Source: Emiliania huxleyi CCMP1516
Taxonomy: Eukaryota
NCBI RefSeq assembly: GCF_000372725.1
Contig: NW_005202427.1
Location: 1-64,000, forward strand
Direction: 5' to 3'
DNA length: 64,000 nucleotides
Shown: piece after piece, positions 20,250 to 32,835 of the stretch
Layout: each line of letters begins with the position of its first letter
Position numbering within the stretch: position 1 is the stretch's first letter
The notes under the pieces: model-generated
What the model saw: only the letters and a program-made list of their open reading frames with translations
The model's database searches: none
Told to the model about the DNA's origin: nothing
Position numbers and translations under genes: made by a program

Positions 20250-23200
20250 AGGCGGTTCTGCTTGGGCTGCGAGGCGAGCCTAGCCCGCCCGGCCGTCCGC
20301 TGTGTGGGCGCGGAGTCGAGCTGAGCGTGGAGGAGGTGGTGGCATACGCGGCTGCGCGGCTACGTGCGCTGAGCTTTGACGCCTGGCGAGCCGTCGCCGC
20401 AGACGATCGCCGGCGCACCGCTGCGACCAGCGCCGCCTGCACCGCCAGCGCTACGCAGATTGCCGACGCTTTGGCTCCGCACGCTGTGACTCACGGGCCT
20501 GCCGTTGCTCCGCCCGAGACTGACGCCGCTGCTGCTCCCGCTTGGTCGGCGATGGCGGATCGGGATGCTGCGGCGAGGGAGGAGGCTGCCGCGGCGGCGA
20601 GACGAGCGGCAGCCCGCCGCGCCGCCGCGTCCAAGGCGAGGGCGGCGAGGGAGGCTGCGGCGGCGAGGGAGGCTGCGGAGGCGGAAAAGGCGAGCGAGCG
20701 CCCTCGAAACTCGCGCTGCTCGTCTAGTCCACCGCAGCTCACGGCCGAGGCGTTGGTGCGTTGGTGCTGCAGGCGAAGCGGTCGAGTGAGGCGGCGGCGC
20801 GCGCACTCGCGACCAAGGAGTCGAACGAGAGGCGGCGCGCAGCGGCGGCCGCGCGCGACGCGCGAATCTTGGCGGCGGCGGAGCGGGCGCAGGAGGAGGC
20901 GAGGGCGAGGAGGAGGGAGGCGGAGGCACTCGCATCGGAGGAGGCGGCGAGGGCGGCGAGGGAGGAGGAGGCACGGGCGGGGGCCAAGGCGGCGAGGGAG
21001 GCGGCGGCGAGGGAGGCGGCGGCGAGGGAGGCGGCGGCGAGTGAGGCAGCGGCGAGGGAGCAGGTGGCGAGGGAGGTGCCGGAGAGGGAGGCGGCAGTGG
21101 AGCCGGCGAGGGCGGANNNNNNNNNNNNNNNNNNNNNNNNNNNNNNNNNNNNNNNNNNNNNNNNNNNNNNNNNNNNNNNNNNNNNNNNNNNNNNNNNNNN
21201 NNNNNNNNNNNNNNNNNNNNNNNNNNNNNNNNNNNNNNNNNNNNNNNNNNNNNNNNNNNNNNNNNNNNNNNNNNNNNNNNNNNNNNNNNNNNNNNNNNNN
21301 NNNNNNNNNNNNNNNNNNNNNNNNNNNNNNNNNNNNNNNNNNNNNNNNNNNNNNNNNNNNNNNNNNNNNNNNNNNNNNNNNNNNNNNNNNNNNNNNNNNN
21401 NNNNNNNNNNNNNNNNNNNNNNNNNNNNNNNNNNNNNNNNNNNNNNNNNNNNNNNNNNNNNNNNNNNNNNNNNNNNNNNNNNNNNNNCGCCGCGTGCCTC
21501 GCGCTGGCTCGTGCACACGCGACCGCGCGAGCCTTGCGGCGAGGGCTGCTGCGGCCCGCCATCCGCCACCTCGAGCACCGGTGCACTCCGCCTAGCCCCC
21601 CCCCACCCTCTCCCACCCTCTCCCACCCCCTCCCACCCTCCCCGCCACCCTCCCCGCCCCCGGCACTATCCTCACCACCCTGGGCGCCGCACGCACTCGC
21701 AGACTGCGCATGCGAGGCTTGCGCCGCTGGAGCGAGCACGCCGCCGCCCGCCGCGAGGTGGCCGCCGCGTGGCGCGTGCTCAGGCGACCAACCTCCGAGC
21801 CACCTCCGAGCCACCTCCGAGCCACCTCGGCTCCACCTCGACAACTCTGGACACATCTCGGCGAACCTCGGCGAATTTAGGCGGGCGCTCCACGCGCGCC
21901 GGCGCCGCGTCGCTGTCACCGTCTGGCGCGCCGCCGCCGAGTTGGCCGCCCGGGCGGCGAGCGCGCAGCTGCGGGCGAGTCGCGCGCAGCAGCGGCGTGC
22001 CCTCGCGGCGTGGAGGGAGGCCGCACAGCTGCGACTCGCCGCCTCGCTGTCTGCGGCTCGAGGCGAGGCGCACGCTCGTCGCGCCCGGAGCAGAGCCGCC
22101 TTCCAAAGCTGGGCGGCGGAGGAGGCGGCGGCGGCGGAGGTGGCCAGGAAGCTGGGCTCTGCCCGGAGGCGGCGGGCGGTGTCGGCGGCCCGGCCGGTCT
22201 GGGCTCTCTGGACGGCGCGCGCAGCCGAGTCGAGGTCAGCTGCCCTCCTGCTGCGAACGCGGCGCCGCGCCGACTCCGCCGCGGCCCTGGCATTCTGGCG
22301 GACCGGTGCGATCCGCCTCGAGGCGCTCTCTCGCGCCGCAGCCGTCGCGGCGCGCCGTTTGCCGACGCGCCGGTGCGCCGATGCGCTGGCCTCGTGGGCC
22401 GCTCACACGGCGATGCTGCGCGCTGTGCACCAGAGTCGGGCTCGGCTCGCCTTCGCCACGGCCTGCCGCTCTCCTGTGGCTTGGCAGAGGAGGAGACGTG
22501 CCCCTGACCTGTCCGTGAGACGTCTGCCTCAGGCGCTCGCGTCCCTTGCGGCTTGGCGGGGGCTGGCAGCCAACCACCGGCGGTCGCAGCACCGGGCGAG
22601 GCGGGCGCGGTCGCACGCGCGCGGCGCGCGCCTCGCGACCGCATTTGCGCTGTGGTTCGGTGCCGCGAGGGCGGCGGGGGAGGAGGGAGCGGGAGTGCGC
22701 GGGCGGAGGGTGCGTGGGGCGAGGGAGAGTGGGCGGCTTCGGGAGGCTTACGACGCGTCCAGGCGGCGGCAGCAGCGCTCTGCGGAGGTCGAGTCTCTAG
22801 TGGCGCACTTAATGGCTTGCAGGGCGCACAAGCTCAAGGAGCTCCCTCGCACTACGCCTCCGCGCCTTCAACCCTCCTCCAGGCGACCTGCGCGTGGCGT
22901 GGCTGCTGTAGGCGCGCGCTTTGCGCTATTGGGTGGATTGCGCCGCCGAGGCGCACAGCGCGTCCGTTGCGCGCGCACACCACGCGGCGGCTGCCAGCGG
23001 CGGCGCGCTGGCCACATGGCGGCGTGCGACCGGGCACGCATTGGCGCGGAGGGGTAGCATCGAGCTTCTCTCCGCGCGCCGTGCGTCCGGACTCATCGCA
23101 CGCGCCGTCGATGCGTGGCGTGGCGAGGCGGGGCGAAGGGGCGAGGCGGCGCGGCGCGGCGACGCGGCGGCGTTGCATGCAAGGCGAGGCTGGTTCTGCC

Positions 23201-24790
23201 GCTGGTGTGGGGTCGCCGCCGCAGCCGCCGCCACCCGCCGCCGGCAGGCGGGCGCTGCTGTGCGGCGGCGGGCGGCGACGCTGCGCGGCGCTGTCCGGCG
23301 CGGCCAGTCTGAAGCTGTTTTTGGGCGGCGCGCCGTGGCTGCAGTCGGGCTTGGAGAATTGGCGCGGCGGCGCCGCTCGCTCGCGGCGTGGCGCGCCGTC
23401 GCTTCCGCCTCGCGCTCCACGGCCGACGCTTTGGCTCGGCGACTCAAGGGGGTTCCGCTCCCTCTGCGCCGTTGCACCCGACCGTGCGGAGGTCCCGTGA
23501 GTAGGCGTTCGGGCGAGCCCAGCTGGCGCGGCGGAGGCAAATGCGGGCTCTGCTGGCGTGGCGAGGAGTCGCGCATCGTACTGCCGTTGACTTCGCGGGC
23601 AACCGCGCTGCCACCGACCACCGCCGACGGAGGTCGCTGTGCACTCCCGCGCGCTCTCCTGCCGCTGGACCGTTGCTGGACGCGCGTGCTTGCGGCACTG
23701 TAGGCTGCTCTTGCAGTGCTACCGCGCGCTGCTCGCGCAGCTCGCCCAGTCGCGCCGCCGCAGTCTCGCCGCGCAGCGACACGACGCCGCGTTGCGCCGC
23801 CGCCACGCTGCCGAGGCGTTCGGCGCTCTCCGGCGGGCGGAACGCCGCGCCGCAGCTTCGGTCGAGCACGTGCGGCTCTCGGGCGAGCTTGCCACCGCGC
23901 GCTGCGAGGCCGCCGTGCGGAGGGCCGTGCATACACTGCAGCTCCACCGCCAGCGGCGCGTCACTTGGGCGCTGGCCCAGCGGCGGGTTGCCGCGTGCGT
24001 CGCCGCGTCCCTCGAGAGGTGGCGGCGCTTCGCCTACCACGCGCACCGGAGCGTGTTCGCGGCCACGCAGTGCGTGTTCGCGGCCTAGTGGGGGGAGCGT
24101 GACTAAGGATTGCTTACGCGTGTGACGTACTTGGCAGGTGCGCGCTCTATGGCGCATGGATGCGCTTGCGCGCGGCGGTGTCCCGCCGCCGCGCCGAGGT
24201 GTGGCGCGAGGCCCTGTTGGGGCGGCGCGAGGGGGACGCCGCGCTGCAGCTGCGGGGCACGAGTTGCCGCACAGCGTTCGGCGCCTTGCGGTCGCACGCC
24301 GCGGCGGCCGTGGCGGCCCGAGGTGCGATACGACGCGCGAGGCGCAACTTGATCGCGCTCGACGGCCACAGGCGGAGCATGCCCCCCCCCCCCCCCCCCG
24401 ATTGTGAACAGTCTGGAGATGTGTGCCTTGGCTCGCAGGCGGGCTGCTCGCCGCCGGCTGGCGCAGCGCGTGTTGAGCGCGTGGGGTGGCTACACGGCGT
24501 CCGCCGTCATGCTGCGGTGGCTCGCTGCGGGGCACCGCTTGCGCCGGGTGCTCCGCTACTGGTCCGGCGCCGCGTCGGCTCGCGCCGCGCGCCGCTCCAT
24601 GGCGGAGCGTGAGCGCGGCTTGCGATTGGCGGCTATGCTCGCGCGGTGGCGCTCTGCAGCCGCCGCCGAGGGCGCGGGCGCGGCAGCGGCAGCTGTCCTA
24701 GCTCTGTCATTTGACCGGCGCCGAGTTCTGCGCGCGCACTTCGTCGCCCTTGCGTCTGTGACGCTGGCCACGCAACTGTCCTCAATTTGA
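20250..24790 (+). CDS. Large Ala/Arg-rich protein with Sfi1-like (centrin-binding) Trp repeats; multi-exon, spans a gap
   Basis: Periodic L/F-x-x-W motifs (ALSFDAWR, RALAAWR, RAAFQSW, ATAFALW, RVLSAW, AMLARWR) across successive ORFs; stop at 24790; start not determined. Confidence 0.55.
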
Positions 24791-25206
24791 GCGAAAAATA
24801 GCACACCGCTGGGTCGTGGCGGAGACCAGATTCCGCGGCTTCCCGGGAATCCTGGACGCTGGAGTGTCGCGCGGGGACCGGGGGGTCTCGCGCCCTGACC
24901 CCTGTGCTCTGCCGCCGCCCGCCACACGCGCGTGCTGCTGCTGCCACCTCCGGCTCCCGCCGGTCCCGGCTGCGGCTCCGGCCTCCGCCTGCCAAACTCG
25001 CGCCTTCGCGCAACGTGGAACGTGCTGCGTGCTCGGTGCTCGAAGAGGATAGAGGGAACGTTGGCCAAAGTACAGGTTTCGATCCGGGCCACCGCAAATT
25101 TTGATCAGCAAATTTCGAGGGGCGGCCGCAAATTTTGAGGTAGATTTTGATTGTCAAAATGTGTCCGTCTTGGCACAGGATAGAGCATATAGGCGGCGAA
25201 CACCCA

Positions 25207-26220
25207 GGTGCGCAGGGACATCGCGACTCTGCCCGCTCGCTCGACCCTTTTGCCGCGAGAGGGCGCCGGCCGCGTGTAAGAGGTGGCTGGCGCCCTGAGG
25301 CGGCAATTGGTGGCGTGGGGAGTGCGGAACGCTACTGGCGGCGCGACAGGGCCTCTCTCGGTTGCGTGTGCCGCCCATCGGCACGCGGGTGCGCAGACAT
25401 CGCGACTCTGCCCGCTCGCTCGACCCTTTTGCCGCGAGAGGGCGCCGGCCGCGTGTAAGAGGTGGCTGGCGCCCTGAGGCGGCAATTGGTGGCGTGGGGA
25501 GTGCGGAACGCTACTGGCGGCGCGACAGGGCCTCTCTCGGTTGCGTGTGCCGCCCATCGGCACGCGGGTGCGCAGACATCGCGACTCTGCCCGCTCGCTC
25601 GACCCTTTTGCCGCGAGAGGGCGCCGGCCGCGTGTAAGAGGTGGCTGGCGCCCTGAGGCGGCAATTGGTGGCGTGGGGAGTGCGGAACGCTACTGGCGGC
25701 GCGACAGGCCCTCTCTCGGTTGCGTGTGCCGCCCATCGGCACGCGGGTGCGCAGACATCGCGACTCTGCCCGCTCGCTCGACCCTTTTGCCGCGAGAGGG
25801 CGCCGGCCGCGTGTAAGAAGTGGCTGGCGCCCTGAGGCGGCAATTGGTGGCGTCGGGAGTGCGGAGAACGCTACTGGCGGCGCGACAGGGCCTCTCTCGG
25901 TTGCGTGTGCCGCCCATCGCGGCACGCGGGTGCGCAGACATCGCGACTCTGCCCGCTCGCTCGACCCTTTTGCCGCGAGAGGGCGCCGGCCGCGTGTAAG
26001 AGGTGGCTGGCGCCCTGAGGCGGCAATTGGTGGCGTGGGGAGTGCGGAACGCTACTGGCGGCGCGACAGGGCCTCTCTCGGTTGCGTGTGCCGCCCATCG
26101 GCACGCGGGTGCGCAGACATCGCGACTCTGCCCGCTCGCTCGACCCTTTTGCCGCGAGAGGGCGCCGGCCGCGTGTAAGAAGTGGCTGGCGGCCTGGCGC
26201 CCTGAGGCGGCATTTGGTGG
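25207..26220. repeat. 179-bp tandem satellite, about 5.5 near-identical copies
   Basis: GACATCGCGACTCTG recurs at 25217, 25396, 25575, 25754, 25937 and 26116. Confidence 0.97.
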
Positions 26221-26311
26221 GGTCAGCGTGCGGTGCTGAGTCTTACTCGTCGGCGCTGGGGCCAGATCCCAGCGCAGAACTCTGCAACGCTGGCATACAA
26301 ACACAAGAAGA

Positions 26312-26351
26312 CTAACCCTAACCCTAACCCTAACCCTAACCCTAACCCTAA
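26312..26351 (+). repeat. Interstitial telomeric tract (CCCTAA)n
   Basis: Six to seven perfect units. Confidence 0.95.
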
Positions 26352-27653
26352 AGCCGTAGGTCAGCGTGTGGGGCTGAGTCTTAGTCGTCGGCGCTGGATT
26401 GCATCCGACGCCGTCGGTCAACCCGTCATGCGGCAGGTGGCTTGCTTTGGCTCGCTGCCACCGCGGTGGCTCACCAAGGACTTTTCAGCGTGCTGCGTCA
26501 TCACCGCGCGGCGCGCAAGCCACGCCTCACCCGGGCAAAAAGAACGACCGCGCGCCGCCGCCGCCCGCCTCGCCGCGCCGCGCCGCCCCGCGCCTCGCCT
26601 CGCCTCGCCTTGCAGCAGCGCACGCGCACACGCACCCACGCGCCCGCGCTCGCTCCGCGAGAGCGAAGCAACCCTCCAAGCGAGTTCCGAACCGGGAGCC
26701 AAAAGGTCCCGGCTCGAACCGCGAACCGGTTCGACCACCGCCGCTGGCGGTTCTTGCAAAGGCATCAAAGGCAGTGCTTGATATAACGTGAAATAGTGCG
26801 AGCGCGCGAGATACTCACCCGACCCACCGTGCCCTCGCGAAAGAGATCTCGCGCCACGCGCGCTCGCACACGCCGCCCGAGAGCACTCCCACCCCCGCCG
26901 CCTCGCAAGCTCACAGGTTGATTTGAGGAGAAGCAGCTGGGGGAGGTCAAAGCGGGAGAAGGCGGCACGGCGGCGGCGGCGCGGCCCCCCCCCATCCCCA
27001 CGCCTCCGGGTCGTGCGTACCGCCTCCGGGCGCGAGTGTCCCCCCAGCGTCTGCTCCGGCAGTCGCTCCGGTAATCAGGCCGAGAGTACCAGGGAGGAGG
27101 GGAGAAGAGCCCAGGGTGGGGAGAGGAGAAGAGCCCAGGGAGGGGGGAGGAGAAGAGCCCAAGACGGCCTCCCTCTCCCTCCCCTCCCACCCGGCCTCCC
27201 TCTCCCTCTCCTCCCACCGGGCCTCCCTCTTCCCCTCCTCCCGCCAAGCACCGACAGTCTCGAGGGGCCAGCCGCTGGAAGGGGCAAGCCAGCGGCACGA
27301 GGGCTTCAACCACACAGCTACCAAGGGAACGCGACCCACACAAAGCACCAAAGTTAGGCATACCCCCCGGCGCAGTGTCCCCCGCTATGTGTCGCCGTTC
27401 GTCGGGGCACGCAATCCTGTGCAGTCAGGGCAAGTGGGGGCGGGGCGGACAGCCCAGGAGCGTGCCCTGGGACCTCTCCGCCCAGTCCGGGGGTGCGTCG
27501 AACCTTCCATCGCCCTGTCGGAAGCGGCGTGCCGGTGGAGGCACGTCCGGGTTTTGGAAGTAAAGATATATTACTTTCTAGTCGTCGGCGCTGTGGTGGG
27601 GCCAGATCCCAGCGCAGAACCCTGCAACGCTGGCATATACAGACACAACCAGA

Positions 27654-27728
27654 CCCTGACCCTAACCCTAACCCTAACCCTAACCCTAACCCTAACCCTC
27701 TAACCCTAATAACCGCCTAACCTAACCC
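27654..27728 (+). repeat. Second interstitial telomeric tract (CCCTAA)n with degenerate edges
   Basis: Preceded by the same ~65-bp sequence as the first tract. Confidence 0.95.
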
Positions 27729-28080
27729 ACACCCCCCAACTCCACACCGCAAATTTGAAAGATCTTGATGAAAATCAGGCCCGACTGCAAATTTCTTCAA
27801 AATTTTCGCAGGCGCTCCGCGCCTGCAGATTTTGAAATAAATTCGACAAAATTGGTACCTGGCCCAAAGAGGAAGACGATGTCTCACAGCCGCGTCTCAC
27901 AAAAAGCAAATCGCTCGCCTCTCTACACCCTCACCGCGGCCGTCGGCGCGGCGCGAGAGAGGAAGCGGAGCTACGAAAACACGGCGAGAGTGTGAGATGC
28001 CCTGTGTGTCCTCTCTGACGTGACTAACAGCCACCCACTGCTTCGGCCGCGCGTACACCGCACACTCGCGAAGGCCGCGC

Positions 28081-29253
28081 CTAGTTCTCGCCGCCCCCCG
28101 GCCACAAGCCGCCCGCCGGCTGGGGCGGCTGAGGCGCGCCGCCAGCCGCCGCCGCTGCGCCATCACCGCCGCCCGCCGCCCCGGTCCACTGCCCGCCCGC
28201 CGTCATCGGCTGCGGCGGCGGCGCTTGCTGCTGCGCTAGCGGCGCCTGCTGCGGCGGCGCCTGCTGTTGTGGCGGCGCTTGCTGCTGCGGCTGCTGCATT
28301 TGCCCTTCTTGCGGCTGCATGCGCCGGTAGGTGGCTCGACGGTACATCTCGCGCACAGTGGGACGCGACCTACGCGGCACGTCGCAGCACGTGTCACGGG
28401 ACACGCCATTGGCCGGCGCCTCTCGAGCAGCGGGCGGCGCCAGAGCCGCGGCGAGACGTGCGGCCGGATGCGCCGTAGCTCCGCCTGCGCCTGTGCCGGC
28501 GTCATCCCCTTCTCGGTGATGAGGTAGGCCATGGCCATGGTCCCTGCGCGATGGAGGGGCGGTGCGTCGGCGGCGTGGGTGGCGGGCCTGGGCGGGCGTA
28601 GGCCGTTGAGCGAGAGGGAGAGGGAGAGGCGGCGGCAGGAGACGATTGCAAGACAGCGGCGGCGGGCCGGGGACGGGCGCGGGGCAGGGTCCGGGTGGGA
28701 CGGCGAGGGCCGGGTCGGCAACGCCAGGCGTCCGGGTGGCCGCGCGGACGGGCGCGCCTGCACGGCCACGGCCCGCCTTGCAGTGGCAGTACACCGTCCC
28801 TCCCGGGGGCTGCTTGCGGATGAAGTCGAGGCCGTTCTCCACCTGCTGCGCGGAGGGCGAGCAGTAGTCCATCGTCGGAAGCCTCAGCTGCGTGATTCCG
28901 AGCCGGCCGTAGCTCGCGTGGCCGTCAAACTCGTCGCACATGTTGAGGACACCCGAGACGCGCTCGACACGCGCCAGGCTCTCGAGCGACTTCTCGAGCG
29001 GCAGCGCGCCCAGGATGAGCCGCTCATCCACACGGTCGTACCAGCGGCGCTGGTCGGGCATCGCGCGGTGCAGCAGCATCGTCCACGCGAGCGTCGGCCC
29101 GAACATGAGCTTGAGCATGCGTCGGCGCACTGCTGGCGGCACCGCGAGGACCGCCTTCTCCTTGTCGACGCGATCGAAGAACCAGAGCGGAGCCATGAGC
29201 ACCTTCCACAGTAGGCGCAGTAGGGAGGCGAGGTGATCGGCGAGGGACGGCAT
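28081..29253 (-). CDS. PTPMT1: PTPMT1-like dual-specificity phosphatase; predicted GC-AG introns 28544-28757 and 28370-28419
   Basis: RWYDRVDERLILGALP, LPTMDY..P, active-site VYCHCKAGRGR, then AGTMAMAYLI...IRP after splicing. Confidence 0.8.
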   Translation of the reverse strand: MPSLADHLASLLRLLWKVLMAPLWFFDRVDKEKAVLAVPPAVRRRMLKLMFGPTLAWTMLLHRAMPDQRRWYDRVDERLILGALPLEKSLESLARVERVSGVLNMCDEFDGHASYGRLGITQLRLPTMDYCSPSAQQVENGLDFIRKQPPGGTVYCHCKAGRGRAGAPVRAATRTPGVADPALAVPPGPCPAPVPGPPPLSCNRLLPPPLPLPLAQRPTPAQARHPRRRRTAPPSRRDHGHGLPHHREGDDAGTGAGGATAHPAARLAAALAPPAAREAPANGVSRDTCCDVPRRSRPTVREMYRRATYRRMQPQEGQMQQPQQQAPPQQQAPPQQAPLAQQQAPPPQPMTAGGQWTGAAGGGDGAAAAAGGAPQPPQPAGGLWPGGGEN

Positions 29254-29287
29254 ACGAACGCCACGCTTGTCTTGAGCTCGCAGCTGC

Positions 29288-29828
29288 TATAGCCGCAGGA
29301 TTCGACACTTCAGCTTGGTATAGTATCATTGTATGCAAGATCATACCCCAGGGCTATACCCTGATACCCTCTTGAGAGGACCCGCATTGGGCCCCTAGAG
29401 GATAGGCTGATACCCTGGTGGGTTACCCTTCACACCGGACACGACCCCCCTCTTCACACCTCTTCGCGCGCTGCGCGCGCGCCAAGACAGACAACGCGCT
29501 CGAATGAGCGTCGCGCAGGAGGGAGGCGAGCGCACCACTAAGCAATGCGCTGGGCGAGGAGGGCGCATTGCGCGCGCAACAGCTGGTGGGCGCGTGGCGC
29601 GCGGGTACGGCGGAAGCGCAAAGAGTTTGAATGATACCGGGGCGGACCGTGCGGGAGGGCTTGGTCCTCGGTGCGAGGTGTGAATTGTCGCTTCGCTGCG
29701 CGGCCGCCGATGATACCTTGATACCCAGCCGAGATAAGTCCCCACAGAGGCCTAGAGCATACCTTGATACCCCCTCGAGAAGCATACAATGATACTATAC
29801 CAAGCTGAAGTGTCGAATCCAGCGACTC
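29288..29828. mobile_element. MITE with 39-bp perfect inverted repeat and probable 8-bp TSD
   Basis: 29298-29336 is the reverse complement of 29782-29820; GCAGCTGC at 29280-29287 and 29829-29836; GATACC subterminal motifs. Confidence 0.85.
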
Positions 29829-29998
29829 GCAGCTGCACGGTGTGAACAGAGTTCGTACCGAGCAGCAGGGAGCTCCGCCACTCGAGATCCCTCGAGAGCG
29901 CGGAGTCGGCTGGGGCTATACCAGACAGAGCTCGCAGTCGATCGCTAAAGGGAAAAAGAATTTACGACCGAAGGCTGCCAGTCCCACACCTCTCACCT

Positions 29999-31332
29999 TC
30001 ACGAGAACACAACCGCGACCGCCAGATTCGCGCGACCGGCAGGCAGCGGCGGGAGACGTTCCCACCGGCCGGTGCGCGGGCAAAACGCCTCAAATGCGTC
30101 GCTCGCCCCCTCCTCCTCCTCCTCCTCCTCTCCGCCCCCTCCGCCGGGCCACTCCGCGCCGCCCGCGGCGTACAAGCGGCCGTCGAGCGCGAACGTCGCG
30201 CCCAAGTACCCGCGTGCGGTGGGCAGTGGCGGGAGGGGCTCCCACCGCCCTTCGCGCGGGTCGTAGCGCTCGGCCTATAGCGCTCGGAATGATCTAATCA
30301 GGCGCAGCATTCGCAGCGGGCTCGCGCCGCGGCGTCGTCTGCGCCGATCTCAGTGAGACACAGCCGTCCGACGAGCCGCCCACGACGTACAGGGCTCCGT
30401 CGGGCCCGACGGCGGCGCCCGGGCCAGAGCGCGCAACCCCCATGCTCGGGATCGGCGTGCTCTTGCCGGTCGCCGTGTCGAAGGCCTCGGCGGTGGAGAG
30501 GTAGCGCGTGCCTCCTGCATACCCGCCGAGTGCGAAGAAGGAGGAGGAGCGCGCGTCGGCGGCGACGGCGAGGCCACACCGCGGCGACACGAGCTCGCCC
30601 GCCTCGCGCCACGCCCCGCCGTCGAGGTGCAGCACCTCGCCGTGGCAGCGCGCGCCCCGGTAGATTGAGGAGCCTATACGCGGCCAGCACGCCAGCGTGG
30701 GTGTGTGGCCGTGGGCACGGGAGCGATCCGGCGGCGGCAGAGCTCTCGACGCCTCCGCCCGCAAACCAGAGCCGGCCCGAGGCGTCCATCTGCGCCGCGC
30801 CAAAGCAGAGCCGGCGGGGGAGCGGCGTCAGCCTCTTCCACGAGCGAGCCTCTTCCGTGAGCGAGGCCGCCTCCACCGCCCGCACCGCCCGCGTGCCTCC
30901 CCAGCCTCCGAGCAGGGCCACGGTGGCGCCGTCGCTCGCCAGCGCCGAGGCATCTCTGGGGTACGTGGTGAACAAGAAAGGGGAGGGCAGCCACTCCTGC
31001 GGAGCCACGTCGTACATGTCGTGCGTGTAAAGAGGACTGCCATCGCAGCTTCCGCCAAAGACTGCGATGCGCTGCCTGCGCGCGTTCGCGCGTACACACA
31101 GCTCGCGGCCCGTCTCGCTCTCTCGCCGCCGAAGCCGCCACTGCAGCGCCGCCGCGGCGCGAGCCCAGACGAGGCGGGCATCGGCTGTGCCGGCCGCTGC
31201 AAAGCCGCGCGAGACGGTGAGCGCGCGACCGATCGAGGCGACGTCGGAGAGGTGGGAGAGGACGAGCGCAACAAGAGCGTCAGGGAGGCGGGCGAATGGA
31301 GACGCGGCGGCGTCCTCCTCAGCAGCACGCAT
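29999..31332 (-). CDS. F-box/Kelch-repeat protein, multi-exon
   Basis: F-box PFARLPDALVALVLSHL; Kelch GG motifs (VFGGS, LLGGW, ALGGY, LYVVGG, LYAAGG) with FD/W spacing. Confidence 0.85.
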
Positions 31333-31619
31333 TACACGATTGATCAGATGGGATTCTTTTTTTGAGAGCGCCTTCGTTGTTAATAGTACAAACCCAATGG
31401 TATTTTTGCAAAAGCTTTTGTGTGCGAGATCGCTCTCCAGAAAGCTGAAAGGAAGGCAGGGGGGGGGACCAGAAAGAAAGAAAGACTTCTTTCTGTTTCT
31501 GGGCGGGTTTATCGGGACGCGCCGGGATATCAAGTAAATGCGAGAAATTGCAATACAGCGCCCAGCCTCCGTTCTGGCCCGTATTTGTTTCTTTTTTCTC
31601 GCTCTGCGATTGTCTGTGG

Positions 31620-32475
31620 TTGGGCTGTAGCAGGTTTGCCTCTCGCACTTTTCTTTTGCTCTCTCTTTTCTTCTATATTTTCGGAAAACTCCGTCCGTGG
31701 AAATCGTCAAATTTTGGGCGCCGAGCCGAGTCTGAGACTGGTTTGGGCCCAAAATCAGCCAAAATTTAGGCCGCCAAATCGGCAAAATGCCGGGAATTTT
31801 GCGCAGAACCCGTGTATACCTGGAAATTACCCTTCGGCCGCAGGTAGCAGGTAGGTAGGTAGAAAGGTGAAGAACAGCCAGGCTCGGACTGGACACCAAC
31901 GCGGTATGGGTGGACGCTAGACAGATGATGACGACACGCACGAGCGACACACAGACACAAACAGGCTCACAAGACACACAGCCAGCTGGCTGCCACACAC
32001 CCTGAGTTGGCGTACACATAACTCAAGGCCACATCCTCCCTGTCGCCCCCCCCAGCACTCCAAGGAGCAAGGTGCCAAGAGAACAAACAAGGGCACAACA
32101 AACAACAGACGACAGGAAGTAACATGTGAGACTAGAGCAGACAACTCCGCCTCTAGCAATATCGCCGGCCGGCGAGGCACGTGGTTTGGGCCCAAAATCA
32201 GCCAAATTTTAGGCCAAATCGGCAAAATGCCGGGAATTTTGCGGAGAACCCGTGTATACCTGGAACTTACCCTGCGACCGCCTGGGTATTTTGTCGATTT
32301 CCTCAATTTTGCCTCAGATTTTGCCCCAGACCAGCTCTCAGACTCAGGGAAACTCGCGACTTTCCAGAATGGAGCACCAAACACCCTCTGTTTTCCCTGG
32401 AAATTTCCGGAAACGCAAAGTGCTGGGGACCCTCTGTTTTCCTTTTTGTTTTCCGGAAAACCTGCTCTAGCCCAA
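31620..32475. mobile_element. MITE family D, composite copy with retroposon C nested inside
   Basis: Ends TTGGGCTGTAGCAGGTTT / AAACCTGCTCTAGCCCAA; the body is the reverse complement of 32836-33287; internal duplication at 32182. Confidence 0.7.
31850..32130 (-). mobile_element. Retroposon family C copy with (CCTA)n tail
   Basis: Matches 59690-59955 and 52961-53140. Confidence 0.75.
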
Positions 32476-32835
32476 GCCCTGGGGATGGGGTGAGACTACC
32501 CACGGGCCTAGAGAAGGCCCGCGCGCAGGGGGTGGGACATTGAGACCGGTCATGAATGAGTGCGCGACACGCATGTTGCGAGCAGCGTTGTTGATGTTTT
32601 GCGCGTCGCCACAGACGGCGGCGCGCGAGAGCTGTTGCGAGTGGTGCTGGGCGAAGCCTTCACTTGGAGCACTTGGAGTGCAGTTATCAACCTCACATCC
32701 AGGGCCGGGGAGCTAAGAAGCGCACCCAGCGAGCCGGATGATCGGTGTCGGGTTACGGGCTAGAGAGCCCTAGCCCCGGGGGTTCGCGTTCGCAGGGAAA
32801 GGGCCATAAAGTAAACACGGGTCTCCGAGGGTTGG

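Noticed and set aside
25207..26220. CRISPR array
   Set aside because: Units are identical along their whole length with no unique spacers; eukaryotic context and no cas genes.
26312..27728. True chromosome end
   Set aside because: Tracts are short and genes continue on both sides.
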